Assembly: GCA_023460085.1 (NCBI GenBank)
Contig: JAEWRI010000023.1
Coordinates: forward strand, 69,412 to 133,411
From: Bacillota bacterium
GTDB lineage: Bacteria > Bacillota > Clostridia > Christensenellales > SZUA-584
Direction of reading: 5' to 3'
Length of the DNA stretch: 64,000 nt
Positions 9,552 to 18,241 of the stretch are shown here, piece after piece; position 1 is the stretch's first letter, and each line of letters starts with the position of its first letter. The notes beneath the pieces are model-generated. The model worked only from the letters and a program-made list of their open reading frames with translations. It had not been told where the DNA came from and did not search any database. A program made the translations under genes and the position numbers.

Positions 9552-9587
9552 AAAACTTACCCCGAAGAGAGACTTCGGGGTAAAAAA

Positions 9588-9663
9588 TGGAGCCAATGAA
9601 CGGAATCGAACCGTTGACCTGCTCATTACGAATGAGCCGCTCTGCCGGCTGAGCTACATTGGC
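9588..9663 (-). tRNA. tRNA-Thr (anticodon CGT)
   Basis: Hand-folded cloverleaf: acceptor GCCAATG/CATTGGC, anticodon loop TTCGTAA, T-loop TTCGATT, encoded CCA. Confidence 0.9.
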
Positions 9664-9692
9664 CCGTGGCGGAGTTCCGCCGACAGTATCGA

Positions 9693-9722
9693 ATTATACC
9701 ATAAACCCATTGCGGTTGCCAA
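9693..9722 (-). promoter_or_regulatory. sigma-A-type promoter for the tRNA-Thr/Pro unit
   Basis: Minus strand reads TTGGCA-N18-TATAAT with an extended TGg, about 30 nt upstream of the tRNA-Thr 5' end. Confidence 0.5.
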
Positions 9723-9751
9723 TAGTTTTTTTAAGCTGGAACAGGGATTTT

Positions 9752-10813
9752 TGTAGGACTACAATACATATTGGACACTGAACCTTGAAAATAGAAGATG
9801 CAGGAACGGACTCGTGGGGTATTGTTGAGTTGCAAGACAAAACATTACCGAAAGGAGCCATTGCTGCACCATGAATAACGTAACACAAGACATGAAGTAT
9901 CGGCAATCCCTTGTTTTATTCGCTCACAAATATGGCGTTTCACGCGCCAGCCGTAAGTATAACAAAGCCCGTTCCACAATCTATTTCTGGTTATCAAGGT
10001 ACAATGGCACAATCGAATCATTAGCCTGCCAGTCGCGAAGGCCGCACTCCCACCCTGCGCAGCACACCGAGAACGAGCTTGACCTTCTGCGCCGCATGCG
10101 GCGCAGAAACCCTGACTTAGGCTTATGTGAGCTGTGGTGTCGGTTGCGCGAAAGAGGTTACAGCCGCACCATTGTTAGCATGTATCGTGCCCTAAGGCGT
10201 CTAGGGCTGCAGCCTGAGCCTACTCATAAGCCTAAGTATATCCCGAAACCTTATGAGCACATGCTATACCCTGGTCAACGCGTTCAAATCGATGTCAAAT
10301 ATGTTCCTTCGGCCTGTCTGGTTGGTGCCGCAAAAGGGCAGCGTTTTTATCAGTATACCGCTATTGATGAGTTCTCACGGTTGCGCTATGTGGAAGCCTT
10401 TAATGAACAAAGCACCTACTCGTCAACCACTTTTCTCAAGAATGCTGTCAGGTTCTTCAGGTTCCCGATACTGTGTGTACAGACCGATAACGGCTTTGAA
10501 TTCACTAACCGGTTCGCTGCAACCAAACGCGACCTCCCTACACTGTTTGAATCCACTGCTGCCTGTCTGGGCATCCGTCACAAGCTCATCCGGCCGTACA
10601 CGCCACGGCATAACGGCAAGGTGGAGCGCAGCCATCGAGAGGATCAGAAGCGCTTCTATTCCAAACGCACCTTCTACTCTTTTGCAGACTTCAAGCTGCA
10701 GCTTGAAGTCTATCGATACCGTTCCAACAAGATTCCCATGCGTCCACTCGGTTGGCGTTCACCAGTCGATTATCTGCGCTCCTATACTGTCCAACATGTT
10801 TGACAAACCTACA
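9752..10813 (+). mobile_element. IS481-family insertion sequence (about 1.06 kb, single transposase)
   Basis: Imperfect terminal inverted repeats of about 30 bp: TGTAGGACTACAATACATATTGGACAC versus the reverse complement TGTAGGTTTGTCAAACATGTTGGACAG. A single DDE ORF lies inside. Confidence 0.8.
9871..10803 (+). CDS. IS481-family DDE transposase (rve integrase core)
   Basis: N-terminal HTH. Catalytic core motifs are QIDVKYV, YQYTAIDEFSRL, VQTDNGFEF and RPYTPRHNGKVERSHR. Confidence 0.85.
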   Translation: MNNVTQDMKYRQSLVLFAHKYGVSRASRKYNKARSTIYFWLSRYNGTIESLACQSRRPHSHPAQHTENELDLLRRMRRRNPDLGLCELWCRLRERGYSRTIVSMYRALRRLGLQPEPTHKPKYIPKPYEHMLYPGQRVQIDVKYVPSACLVGAAKGQRFYQYTAIDEFSRLRYVEAFNEQSTYSSTTFLKNAVRFFRFPILCVQTDNGFEFTNRFAATKRDLPTLFESTAACLGIRHKLIRPYTPRHNGKVERSHREDQKRFYSKRTFYSFADFKLQLEVYRYRSNKIPMRPLGWRSPVDYLRSYTVQHV

Positions 10814-10939
10814 AAGCAGATTTGATAGAAATGGCCGCACTGTGAACTTTCATCAGTTCGGGTGGCGATGGTTCCCCGCGGAATATGAGAACGGCGCGCC
10901 ATTTTACATGACACGCCGTTTCTTGCATTCCGAACTCTC

Positions 10940-12994
10940 TCAGACTGCCTCGCTGCCGAGGAACTGGCTGTTGTACAGGTCGGCGTAGAAGCCGTTCTGT
11001 GCCATCAGCGCCGCGTGACTGCCCTGCTCAATGATGCGTCCGTCCACCATCACGAGTATCGTGGAGGCGTTCTTGATAGTGGACAGCCGGTGCGCGATGA
11101 CGAAGTTTGTGCGCCCCTTCATCAGCTCTATCATGGCATTTTGGATATATGCCTCGGTGCGCGTATCCACGCTGCTTGTCGCCTCGTCAAGTATGAGTAT
11201 CGGCGGATCCGCCAGCAGCGCGCGCGCAATGGTAATCAGCTGCCGCTGTCCCTGCGAAATATTCGAGGCCTCCTCATTGAGCACCGTCTCGTAGCCCAGC
11301 GGCTGGGTGCGGATGAAGTGGTCGGCGTGCGCCATCTTCGCCGCGCGCACCACGTCCTCATCCGACGCGCCTTCGCGCCCGTAACGGATGTTTTCGCGGA
11401 TCGTGCCGCCGAACAGCCATGTATCCTGCAGCACCATACCGAATTGATGGCGCAGCTCGTCTCTCGGCAGCGTGCGGATATCCACGCCGTCCACGAATAT
11501 ATTGCCGCTGTCCACGTCGTAGAAGCGCATGAGCAGGTTCACCAGCGTGGTTTTGCCCGCGCCGGTCGGCCCTACGATGGCCACCACATCGCCCGGTTTT
11601 ACGTCCAGATTCATATCCTTGATGATCGTCACATCCGGGTTGTAACCGAAGTTCACATGCTCGAAGCGCACCGCGCCCTTCGGGTACGCAATGGTGTTTT
11701 CGTGACTGTCCTCCGGCATCTCCTGCTCATCCAGCACCTCAAACACGCGCTCCGCCGCCGCCACGGTAGACTGCAGCACGTTGGCTATCTGCGCCACCTG
11801 CGTAATCGGCTGCGTGAAACGGCGTGAGTATTGTATGAACGCCTGCACGTCGCCCACGGTGATACCTTTGTTGATGACCATCACGCCGCCCACGACGCAC
11901 ACCAGCACATACGAGATATTGCTGATAAAATTGACCGCAGGCATCATCACGCCCGATAGAAACTGCGCCTTCCAGCCCACGGCATACAGCCGCTCGTTGA
12001 CCTCGTCGAACTCCTTCACGCTGTCCGCTTCCTTGCCGAAAGCCTTCACGACGAGATGTCCGCCGTACATTTCCTCCACCTGGCCGTTGATATGCCCCAG
12101 CTCCTTCTGCTGGCCGCGGAAGTACTTCTGCGACCGCTTTACGATGATCTGCACGAGTATGAAGCTCATCGGCAGCACCAGCAGGCACACCAGCGTCATG
12201 AGCCACGAAATGGTGAACATCATGACGATGATGCCCACCACCATGGTAACAGAGGTGATCACCTGCGTGAGGCCCTGAGACAGCGTCGTGGATACGGTGT
12301 CGATATCGTTGGTCACGCGCGAGAGGATTTCACCGTGTGTGCGCCCGTCGAAGTATTTCAGCGGAAGCCGTGACAGCTTCGCGTCCACCTGCCGCCGCAT
12401 GTCGTATACGATCTGCTGCGAGGTCTTGGCCATCACGAAGTTCATCACGAAGGACAGCAGCCCGCTCACCGCATAGAGTATGAGCACCCAGATCAGTATT
12501 TCCCCGACGCGGCCGAAATCAATCTCCAGCGTGCTCGCCGTCTGGTACTCCGTATATGCCTGCTGCAATACCGCCACCTGCTGAGGATCGCTCATGTCCA
12601 CATTGTTTTTAATGACATCCATGATCTGATCCTCGCCGATCTCGCCATTTTCGATCTGCGTCACCACCTCTTCGGGCAGTATCTCCTTAAGGCCCGAAAA
12701 TGCCTCCATCTTGGCCATGGTGGGCTTGAACAGCTCGGTCGTCACCTCGCCCATAATCTTGGGGCCGAATATGGAGAACACCGCGCTGCCAATCGCCATT
12801 ACAGTCACGATGATCAGCGCCGCCTTATGGGTGCCGAGGTACGCAATCAGCCTTTTGATGCCTCCCCTGAAGTCCTTCGCTTTTTCCATGGGCATGCCGT
12901 GGCCCGGGCCTCCCGGGCCTCCCGGACCGCCGGGACCCCTGCGCGACCTGCCCTGCGCTGCGTCCTGTTTTGATGTATTCTGCTGCTCACTCAT
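10940..12994 (-). CDS. ABC exporter, fused permease/ATPase (heterodimer partner B)
   Basis: Six-TM domain plus Walker A GPTGAGKTT, signature LSQGQRQ and Walker B ILILDEATS. N-terminal GPGGPGGPGGPG extension. Confidence 0.85.
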   Translation of the reverse strand: MSEQQNTSKQDAAQGRSRRGPGGPGGPGGPGHGMPMEKAKDFRGGIKRLIAYLGTHKAALIIVTVMAIGSAVFSIFGPKIMGEVTTELFKPTMAKMEAFSGLKEILPEEVVTQIENGEIGEDQIMDVIKNNVDMSDPQQVAVLQQAYTEYQTASTLEIDFGRVGEILIWVLILYAVSGLLSFVMNFVMAKTSQQIVYDMRRQVDAKLSRLPLKYFDGRTHGEILSRVTNDIDTVSTTLSQGLTQVITSVTMVVGIIVMMFTISWLMTLVCLLVLPMSFILVQIIVKRSQKYFRGQQKELGHINGQVEEMYGGHLVVKAFGKEADSVKEFDEVNERLYAVGWKAQFLSGVMMPAVNFISNISYVLVCVVGGVMVINKGITVGDVQAFIQYSRRFTQPITQVAQIANVLQSTVAAAERVFEVLDEQEMPEDSHENTIAYPKGAVRFEHVNFGYNPDVTIIKDMNLDVKPGDVVAIVGPTGAGKTTLVNLLMRFYDVDSGNIFVDGVDIRTLPRDELRHQFGMVLQDTWLFGGTIRENIRYGREGASDEDVVRAAKMAHADHFIRTQPLGYETVLNEEASNISQGQRQLITIARALLADPPILILDEATSSVDTRTEAYIQNAMIELMKGRTNFVIAHRLSTIKNASTILVMVDGRIIEQGSHAALMAQNGFYADLYNSQFLGSEAV

Positions 12995-14718
12995 GCCAGT
13001 TCCTCCAACGAAAGCTGCGACGACACGATCTCGCGGTACGTGCCGCAGCTCTCCAATAACTCGTTATGTTTGCCCTGACCGACAACCCTGCCTTCGTCCA
13101 GCACGATAATGTTGTCGGCGTTCATCACGGTGTTGACGCGCTGCGCCACGATAAACACCGTCGCGTTCTCGATTTCGTTCGCCAGCGCGTGGCGCAGCTT
13201 CGCGTCGGTTTTGAAGTCCAGTGCCGAGAAGCTGTCGTCGAATATGTATACCTCCGGCCTGCGCACCAGTGCCCGCGCGATGGAAAGCCGCTGCTTCTGT
13301 CCGCCGGAGAAGTTGGTGCCGTCCTGCGCCACCGCCGCGCCCAGCCCCTCCTCGGTTTCAGAGACGAAGTCGCGCCCCTGCGCTGTCTCCACCGCATGCC
13401 ATACCTCTTCTTCCGTCGCGTTTTCGCTGCCATAGCGGATATTGCTTTCTATGGTGCCGCTCATCAGGCTGGCCTTCTGCGGCACAAAACCGATCCGCTT
13501 GCGCAGATCCGCCTGTGGGTAGTCCTTCACGTCCACGCCGTCCAGCAGTACCTGACCCTGCGTCACGTCGTAAAAGCGCGGTATCAGTTTTACCAGCGTA
13601 GACTTGCCGGAGCCCGTGCTGCCGATAATCGCCGTCACCTGCCCCGGCTTCGCGATAAGCGATATGCCCTGTACCGCGGGCTCCTCCGCGCCGCGATAGG
13701 CAAAGCTCACGTCGCGGAATTCCACATATCCGCGCTGCGTCGTCTGCGGCGCTTCCGCAGCCGTATCCACTACGGAAGGCTTCAGCGCGAACACCTCGTT
13801 GATGCGCTCCGCCGCAGCCTGCGCGCGCGGAACCATCACGAACATCATCGTCCCCATGATGAGCGCAAACATGATCTGGATGACGTACTGCTGGAACGCC
13901 ATCAGGTCGCCCACCGTGGTCAGGTTCTCGTTTACGCGCAGCCCGCCGAACCACAGCACCGCCGCGGTGGCGATGTTCATCGCCAGCATAATGGCCGGAA
14001 ACATCACGCCCATCCAGCGATACGCGGAGACGGAGGTTCCGGTAAGGTCCTTATTGGCTTCGTCGAAGCGCTGCTCCTCGAAGGGCGCTTTGTTGAAGGC
14101 GCGGATCACGCGAATGCCGGTGAGCCCCTCGCGCAGCACCAGATTTACGCGGTCTATCTTCTTTTGCAGCGATTTGAAGAGCGGCATCGCCTTGAGCGCG
14201 ATGGTGAGTACGATGGCCGCCATGAACACGACGATGACGATGATCAGCCATGACAGCCCCGCGTCCTTCTGCAGCGCCATGATGATGCCGCCTGCCGCGG
14301 TAATGGGCGCGGACAGCAGCATCGTCATGATCATCACCATCACGTTTTGTATCTGCGTCACGTCGTTGGTGGAGCGCGTAATCAGCGAGGCCGTTCCAAT
14401 CGTATCGTACTCGGCCAGGGAGTACGCCTGCACGCTGGAGAAAATGTCGTGCCGCAAATCCCGTGCAAAGCCCACCGCCGTGCGCGAAGCAAACAGCTGC
14501 GACACGATGGTGGCGACGATGGCGATCAGCGATACGCCCAGCATCTCCAGGCCAATCGTGATGATCAGTGAAATGTCCTGCCCCACGATTCCCTCGTTGA
14601 CAATGTCCGACATCAGGTTCGGCAGGTAGAGCTGCCCCAGCGACTGCAACGTGGTTAACAGTACCACGAGCGTCACCTGCCATTTGTACGGTTTGAAATA
14701 CCGGAATAGCTTGAGCAT
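12991..14718 (-). CDS. ABC exporter, fused permease/ATPase (heterodimer partner A)
   Basis: Walker A GSTGSGKST, signature FSGGQKQR and Walker B VYIFDDSFS (degenerate catalytic site). 4-nt overlap with the partner. Confidence 0.85.
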   Translation of the reverse strand: MLKLFRYFKPYKWQVTLVVLLTTLQSLGQLYLPNLMSDIVNEGIVGQDISLIITIGLEMLGVSLIAIVATIVSQLFASRTAVGFARDLRHDIFSSVQAYSLAEYDTIGTASLITRSTNDVTQIQNVMVMIMTMLLSAPITAAGGIIMALQKDAGLSWLIIVIVVFMAAIVLTIALKAMPLFKSLQKKIDRVNLVLREGLTGIRVIRAFNKAPFEEQRFDEANKDLTGTSVSAYRWMGVMFPAIMLAMNIATAAVLWFGGLRVNENLTTVGDLMAFQQYVIQIMFALIMGTMMFVMVPRAQAAAERINEVFALKPSVVDTAAEAPQTTQRGYVEFRDVSFAYRGAEEPAVQGISLIAKPGQVTAIIGSTGSGKSTLVKLIPRFYDVTQGQVLLDGVDVKDYPQADLRKRIGFVPQKASLMSGTIESNIRYGSENATEEEVWHAVETAQGRDFVSETEEGLGAAVAQDGTNFSGGQKQRLSIARALVRRPEVYIFDDSFSALDFKTDAKLRHALANEIENATVFIVAQRVNTVMNADNIIVLDEGRVVGQGKHNELLESCGTYREIVSSQLSLEELA

Positions 14719-14771
14719 GTTACTTCCTTTCTACAGATAAAATCTTTTATATTGACGCATTGCGTTTCGTT

Positions 14772-15350
14772 TTACTGCGCGGGCTTCAGTACAGAGATTA
14801 CCGCGCCCAGCATCCAGTCCAGATACGCTTCGTCGTCCAGGCATATGCCTTTCGACTGCGCAAACAGGTTGCGCATAAAGTAGCCTGTCAGGTTGGTCAT
14901 GTAAAACTTGATGGCCATCTTGGGATCCGGCCCCAGCCGCCCCATTTTGTGCATCGTCATAAAGTATTCCAGCAGTCGGTTTTCCGCGCCGTGCTCGTTT
15001 TTTCTAAACAGCACTTCGGGCGGAGACTCGCGCATCTTGTCTCGCATCAGCATACGAATCAGTGGTGCGTTGTTGCCGAAGGTTTCCATCATGCCCCGCG
15101 CAATGTTTCGGAGATCGGCCTCCAGCTCGTAGATGGCTTCTTTCTGGATATATTCGTTTACGCGGTACGGATGAAAGCAGCTGTGCAGCGTCTCCTCAAA
15201 CAGCGCGCGCTTTGTGGAGAAATGGCGGAACAGCGTCACCTCACTGACACCCGCAAGATCTGCAATTTCCTTGGTGGTGGTTGCAGCAAAGCCACCTTTT
15301 TCAAACAGTTCCCGCGCGGCTTTCAATATTTTTTCATGCGTGGTTTCCAT
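14772..15350 (-). CDS. TetR/AcrR-family transcriptional regulator
   Basis: N-terminal HTH is TTTKEIADLAGVSEVTLFRHFSTK. It is the first gene of the TetR-ABC-ABC unit. Confidence 0.85.
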   Translation of the reverse strand: METTHEKILKAARELFEKGGFAATTTKEIADLAGVSEVTLFRHFSTKRALFEETLHSCFHPYRVNEYIQKEAIYELEADLRNIARGMMETFGNNAPLIRMLMRDKMRESPPEVLFRKNEHGAENRLLEYFMTMHKMGRLGPDPKMAIKFYMTNLTGYFMRNLFAQSKGICLDDEAYLDWMLGAVISVLKPAQ

Positions 15351-15371
15351 CCCGACCTCCCCTCAGTGTAT

Positions 15372-15383
15372 GCAAGTACTTGC
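15372..15383. promoter_or_regulatory. perfect 12-bp palindrome, candidate TetR operator
   Basis: GCAAGTACTTGC lies 22-33 nt upstream of the TetR start codon. Confidence 0.35.
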
Positions 15384-15533
15384 TAACATTACACTGCCGC
15401 ATGCTTGCCGTCAACAGGCGGCGGCACTTTTCACATATTGTTCACGAAGTGTTTTCGCGTTAGTCTCTGATAAGGCGTCCGCTGGAAAAACGTTGCCTTG
15501 CCCGCATGGCGCGCTTGCCCTATAATAATAAGC

Positions 15534-16535
15534 ATGAAACGGTTTTTTCTTTGCATCGCCGCGGCGGCGCTGTTTTTTGCCGCAGGGTGCACGGCAGCTC
15601 AGGAGGAAAGCGGCGAATACTACGCGCTCGATACCATTTGCACGCAGAAGGTGACCGGCGGAGACGCAAAAGCCGCCGCGCAGGAGGTGGCTTCCATGCT
15701 TGTGCGCATCACCAGCGAGATGTCCATGAACGAGGGGTCGGATTTATACGCGGTGAACGCCGCTGCGCCGCAGGGCGTGGAGGTTTCCGATGAAACGGCC
15801 TCGCTGCTCTCCCGCGCGCTGGAGCTGGCCGCGATGACGGACGGTGCCTTCGACCCAACCATCGGCCCGGTTTCGTCGCTGTGGGACATCTCCGGCACGC
15901 CGCGCGTACCCTCCGCTCAGGAATTGGCTGAGGCTGTGAAGCTCGTAGGTTATACGGGCGTCACGCTGGACGGCAACACCGTCACGCTGGACAGGGCGGG
16001 CATGATGCTCGATTTCGGCGGCATCGGCAAGGGCTACGCGGCGGACCTCGCGGCGGAGATATACGAAAAGCACGGCGTACAATCGGCGTTGCTGAATCTC
16101 GGCGGCAACATCTTCGCGTATGGCCAAAAAGCGGACGGCAGCGATTTCACCATCGGGCTGCGTGATCCTTACGGCGAGGACACCGATTACTTCGCTCTCC
16201 TGCCGGTAAGCGACACCTCGCTTGTCACCTCGGGCGTGTACGAGCGCTTCTTCGTCAGCGACGGCGTGACATACCACCACCTGTTCGATCCGAAGACGGG
16301 CTATCCCGCGGACAACGGCCTCGTTTCCGTCACGGTGGTATGCGACAGCAGCACAGAGGCGGACGCGCTGTCCACGGCGCTATTCGTGATGGGGCTGGAG
16401 AAAGGGCTGGAATTCGCGCAGGGGCTGACAGAAGTGGAGGCGGCCTTCGTCACCGCCGACCGAAAGGTATATATCACGGACGGATTGAAGGGAAAGATAG
16501 AGATTACGGATGAAAGCTATATTCTCGAAAGCTGA
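15534..16535 (+). CDS. apbE: FAD:protein FMN transferase (ApbE) lipoprotein
   Basis: Lipobox FFAAGC. ApbE motifs include DPTIGP, GGIGKGYA and TSGVYERF. Confidence 0.85.
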   Translation: MKRFFLCIAAAALFFAAGCTAAQEESGEYYALDTICTQKVTGGDAKAAAQEVASMLVRITSEMSMNEGSDLYAVNAAAPQGVEVSDETASLLSRALELAAMTDGAFDPTIGPVSSLWDISGTPRVPSAQELAEAVKLVGYTGVTLDGNTVTLDRAGMMLDFGGIGKGYAADLAAEIYEKHGVQSALLNLGGNIFAYGQKADGSDFTIGLRDPYGEDTDYFALLPVSDTSLVTSGVYERFFVSDGVTYHHLFDPKTGYPADNGLVSVTVVCDSSTEADALSTALFVMGLEKGLEFAQGLTEVEAAFVTADRKVYITDGLKGKIEITDESYILES

Positions 16536-16863
16536 TATCATACTGTTCGTGCTGCTGATCGTCATCGCGGCGGGCGGCATTGTGCTGCTCTCGGGCAGCG
16601 GACAGGGGGAAACGGCGGTGATCCGGCAGAACGGAGAAGTTGTGCTGGAAGTACCGCTGGCGATTGACAAAACCTATACGGTAGGCAGCGTCATGCTGGA
16701 GGTAAAGGACGGCGCGATTCGCTTTGCGGAGTCGGACTGCCCCGGGCAGGAATGCGTGCACGCGGGCTGGCTTTCGTCTCCGGGCGATACCATGGCGTGC
16801 CTGCCCAATCATGTATCCGTTACGGTATCGGGCGAAAGCGAGGTGGACGCGATTGCGAAATAA
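16510..16863 (+). CDS. NusG domain II-containing membrane-anchored protein (DUF1312-like)
   Basis: N-terminal TM plus a CPGQECV...ACLPN motif characteristic of this family. Overlaps the apbE end. Confidence 0.7.
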   Translation: MKAIFSKADIILFVLLIVIAAGGIVLLSGSGQGETAVIRQNGEVVLEVPLAIDKTYTVGSVMLEVKDGAIRFAESDCPGQECVHAGWLSSPGDTMACLPNHVSVTVSGESEVDAIAK

Positions 16864-17410
16864 CCGTTCCGCCGCGCAGAAAACCGCGCTTCTGGGCGCG
16901 CTGCTCGCGTTGTCCATCGGGCTGTCCATCGTCGAGAGTATGCTGGGCGCGCTGGTGCCCGTGCCCATACCGGGCGTGAAGCTGGGCCTTGCCAACATCG
17001 TGTCCATGTTTCTGTTGTGTTACTTCTCGCTGCCCGCGGCGCTGACGCTCGCGCTGCTGCGCACGCTCGTCACCTCGCTGTTTACGGGCGGCCTTAGCAT
17101 GTTTCTGTACTCCGCGCCGGGCGCGCTGCTGTCCACCCTGGTGATGGCCGCGGCGCTGCACACGCTGCGTCCGCTCACCATCGCGGGCGTATCCATGCTG
17201 GGCGCGGTGACGCATAACGTGGCACAGGTATGCGTGGCGGTGCTGACCACAGGCGAGGCACGCCTGTTCTACTACGCGTTTATACTGGTGGCGGTGGGCG
17301 CGGTTTCGGGCGCGATTACGGGCGTCGTGGCGCGCATCAGCTTCGACCGCGCGTCCCGCGCGCTGCATATCGGCGGCGGCAGGCGCGCAGAATATTCTCA
17401 GGGAGGGTAA
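16853..17410 (+). CDS. Gx transporter family protein (heptaprenyl diphosphate synthase component I-like)
   Basis: TTG start 5 nt after GAGGTGG. Multi-TM protein with ESMLG...PGVKLGLANI. The start is uncertain (the track ORF begins at 16724). Confidence 0.65.
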   Translation: MRNNRSAAQKTALLGALLALSIGLSIVESMLGALVPVPIPGVKLGLANIVSMFLLCYFSLPAALTLALLRTLVTSLFTGGLSMFLYSAPGALLSTLVMAAALHTLRPLTIAGVSMLGAVTHNVAQVCVAVLTTGEARLFYYAFILVAVGAVSGAITGVVARISFDRASRALHIGGGRRAEYSQGG

Positions 17411-17412
17411 TT

Positions 17413-18111
17413 ATGTACGGAATGTGGGGCGGCTTCTACTGGGACTGGACCATGTTTTTGATCATCCCGGGCATCATCGCGGCCATGTGGGCGCAGTCGC
17501 GTGTAAATCGCGCGTACCGCATGTACTCCAAAATCCCCGTGCTGTGCGGCATGTCGGGCAGCGAGGCGGCTTTTCGCATACTCTCCGACAACAACATTCA
17601 CGACGTGCAGCTCGACGTATCGGGCGGCGCGCTGTCGGATAACTACAACCCGCGCAAACGCACGCTCAACCTCTCGGAAAACAGCTATTCCGGACGCACC
17701 ATCGCCGCGGTCGCCGTGGCCGCGCACGAAACGGGCCACGCGCTGCAGCATCATCAGGGCTACATCCCGCTGCGCATCCGCAGCGTCATGGCCCCGGTCG
17801 TCAGCGCGGTATCCTACATGCTCTGGCCGGTACTGATACTCGGCCTGTGGCTGGGCTTTACGGGCGCAATACAGGTGGCGGTGTACATCTTCCTCGGCAT
17901 ATTCGCGTTTCAGGTGGTCACGCTGCCGGTGGAGTTCAACGCCTCGCGCCGCGCCATGGCGGCGCTGACTGAAACGGGAGCCTTCTCTGAAGAGGAGCTT
18001 TACGGCGCGAAGCAGATGCTGAACGCCGCCGCCTTAACCTACGTCGCGGCGACGCTCGTGGCGCTGCTCAACGTGGTGCGTTTTCTCGCGCTCTCGCAGC
18101 GCAGGCGGTAA
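17413..18111 (+). CDS. zinc metallopeptidase (Zn_peptidase_2 family, membrane)
   Basis: HETGHALQH zinc motif with N- and C-terminal TM segments. Start follows GGGAGGG. Confidence 0.8.
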   Translation: MYGMWGGFYWDWTMFLIIPGIIAAMWAQSRVNRAYRMYSKIPVLCGMSGSEAAFRILSDNNIHDVQLDVSGGALSDNYNPRKRTLNLSENSYSGRTIAAVAVAAHETGHALQHHQGYIPLRIRSVMAPVVSAVSYMLWPVLILGLWLGFTGAIQVAVYIFLGIFAFQVVTLPVEFNASRRAMAALTETGAFSEEELYGAKQMLNAAALTYVAATLVALLNVVRFLALSQRRR

Positions 18112-18145
18112 GCGGGCGCACGCCCGTGCAAATTTGCTTTTTAGG

Positions 18146-18174
18146 TTGTCACCGAACGGCAAAGACCTTATAAT
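18146..18174 (+). promoter_or_regulatory. sigma-A-type promoter for tkt
   Basis: TTGTCA-N17-TATAAT, about 70 nt upstream of the tkt ATG. Confidence 0.45.
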
Positions 18175-18241
18175 AGGGAACGGATTTCCGGAACTCTTGC
18201 GGCGCTGCTGCCGTGAAATATTTTGTTTTGGAGGATATGTA

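Noticed and set aside
10253-10825. 190-aa ORF in an alternative frame inside the IS element.
   Set aside because: It overlaps the transposase in another frame. IS481 elements encode a single transposase, and this ORF shows no frameshift motif or separate function.
9740-10825. Target-site duplication flanking the IS481 element.
   Set aside because: GATTT occurs on both sides, but at different offsets from the IR ends (0-1 nt versus 5 nt). It is not a genuine direct repeat.
12895-12940. Short tandem CCCGGGCCT/CCGGGACC-type DNA repeat.
   Set aside because: It simply encodes the GPGGPGGPGGPG low-complexity N-terminal extension of the ABC exporter. It is not a CRISPR or regulatory repeat.
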